Origin: Candidatus Saccharimonadota bacterium
GTDB lineage: Bacteria; Patescibacteriota; Saccharimonadia; Saccharimonadales; UBA4665
Assembly (NCBI GenBank): GCA_016700375.1
Contig: CP065016.1
Location: 480,001 to 512,000 of the forward strand
DNA: 32,000 nucleotides
Direction of reading: 5' to 3'
The notes beneath the pieces were generated by a model. The model ran no database searches. It was given only the letters and a program-made list of their open reading frames with translations, and had not been told where the DNA came from. The translations under genes were made by a program, and so were the position numbers. Below, piece by piece: positions 31,551 through 32,000 of this stretch; within the stretch, counting starts at the first letter, position 1; every line of letters begins with the position of its first letter.

Positions 31551-32000
31551 CTACATCTCATCAAAATAGATATACGTCAAGTTCGATGCCATGCCAGCGC
31601 TAACCAGCATTTCGCTATAATTGCCTCGGAAATCGTAGTTGAATTGGCTAATCCAGATTGAGCCATCGGCATTCACTGCTTCGACCCACATGACGTGACC
31701 ATAGTATCCGACGTTCCAGACAGCAACCGAACCGGCACGAGGCGTCGAGCCTGTTGGGATCCCTGCACGAGCAGCGTTACCTGGCCACTGGTTTGCATTG
31801 CCGACGCCACCCCAATAGGGCATATACCCGTAGGTGCTATATACTTTCCATGACGTGTAGCTCACGCATTCGCGGTTATACATGCCCCAGTTATCTATCG
31901 TGTTATCGAGTGGGTAATTAGTTCCCCAGCTACCGCTCCAGGGGCTGGGAGACGATGCAGGATAACCACCCCGTGAAGAATCGCCCGCAACAACCCCGCT
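31551..32000 (-). CDS. CHAP-domain peptidoglycan amidase/peptidase, 3' part (5' end lies beyond the window)
   Basis: The frame stays open to the window end (…PLDNTIDNWGMYNRECVSYTSWKV…). Cys nucleophile in NRECVSY and His in YGHVMWVEAV, followed by ISQFN. The track's ATG 31883 is internal. Confidence 0.85.
   Translation of the reverse strand, partial: SGVVAGDSSRGGYPASSPSPWSGSWGTNYPLDNTIDNWGMYNRECVSYTSWKVYSTYGYMPYWGGVGNANQWPGNAARAGIPTGSTPRAGSVAVWNVGYYGHVMWVEAVNADGSIWISQFNYDFRGNYSEMLVSAGMASNLTYIYFDEM

Noticed and set aside
1-32000. CRISPR arrays, rRNA genes and tRNA genes
   Set aside because: I found no run of regularly spaced direct repeats of 25-40 bp. I found no 16S/23S/5S hallmark strings, and no T-arm (GGTTCGAATCC-like) plus acceptor configuration in any intergenic region. 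This is a by-eye scan, so tRNAscan-SE and Infernal should confirm it.

Overview
This is a gene-dense chromosomal window with roughly balanced base composition by eye, and most genes sit on the minus strand. The housekeeping backbone is clear: PLP decarboxylase (lysA-like), msrA, a YbaK-type deacylase, rnhA, glyQS, recO, xseA/xseB, rpmA, pyrG, an S41 protease, a FemAB transferase and a YhhQ-type transporter. The gene mix suggests a small-genome Patescibacteria/Saccharibacteria-like bacterium, but that is inference only. The backbone is heavily decorated with accessory material.

- **Insertion sequences.** Three unrelated IS elements have ends I could map to the base. An IS4-family copy and an IS1/IS1595-like copy each split a host envelope gene. 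An IS481-family copy sits about 12 bp from the start codon of the S41 protease.
- **Toxin-antitoxin pairs.** There are two type II pairs: AbrB-type antitoxin with Doc, and RelB/DinJ with RelE/YafQ. The second pair is separated by a ~150-nt palindromic insert.
- **AT-rich island.** A two-gene island (4-TM protein plus a stand-alone HsdR_N / PD-(D/E)xK nuclease) is wedged between glyQS and rnhA. It is my best candidate for an uncharacterised defence-like module.
- **Degenerate two-component pair.** A kinase-like protein is followed by a receiver whose phospho-acceptor Asp is Ala.
- **Orphan genes.** Two orphan genes are driven by near-identical promoters, and one carries an FHA-like motif string.
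- **Possible RNA locus.** A ~0.5-kb ORF-free, hairpin-dense region downstream of pyrG contains a plus-strand intrinsic terminator but no cognate gene.
- **Repeats and promoters.** Non-3n tandem repeats lie inside an RNA-methyltransferase-like gene. A -10 box is followed by ATG after 6-8 nt at eight genes, which suggests leaderless mRNAs.

I recognised no rRNA, tRNA or CRISPR array. All functional calls come from reading motifs by eye, since no searches could be run.
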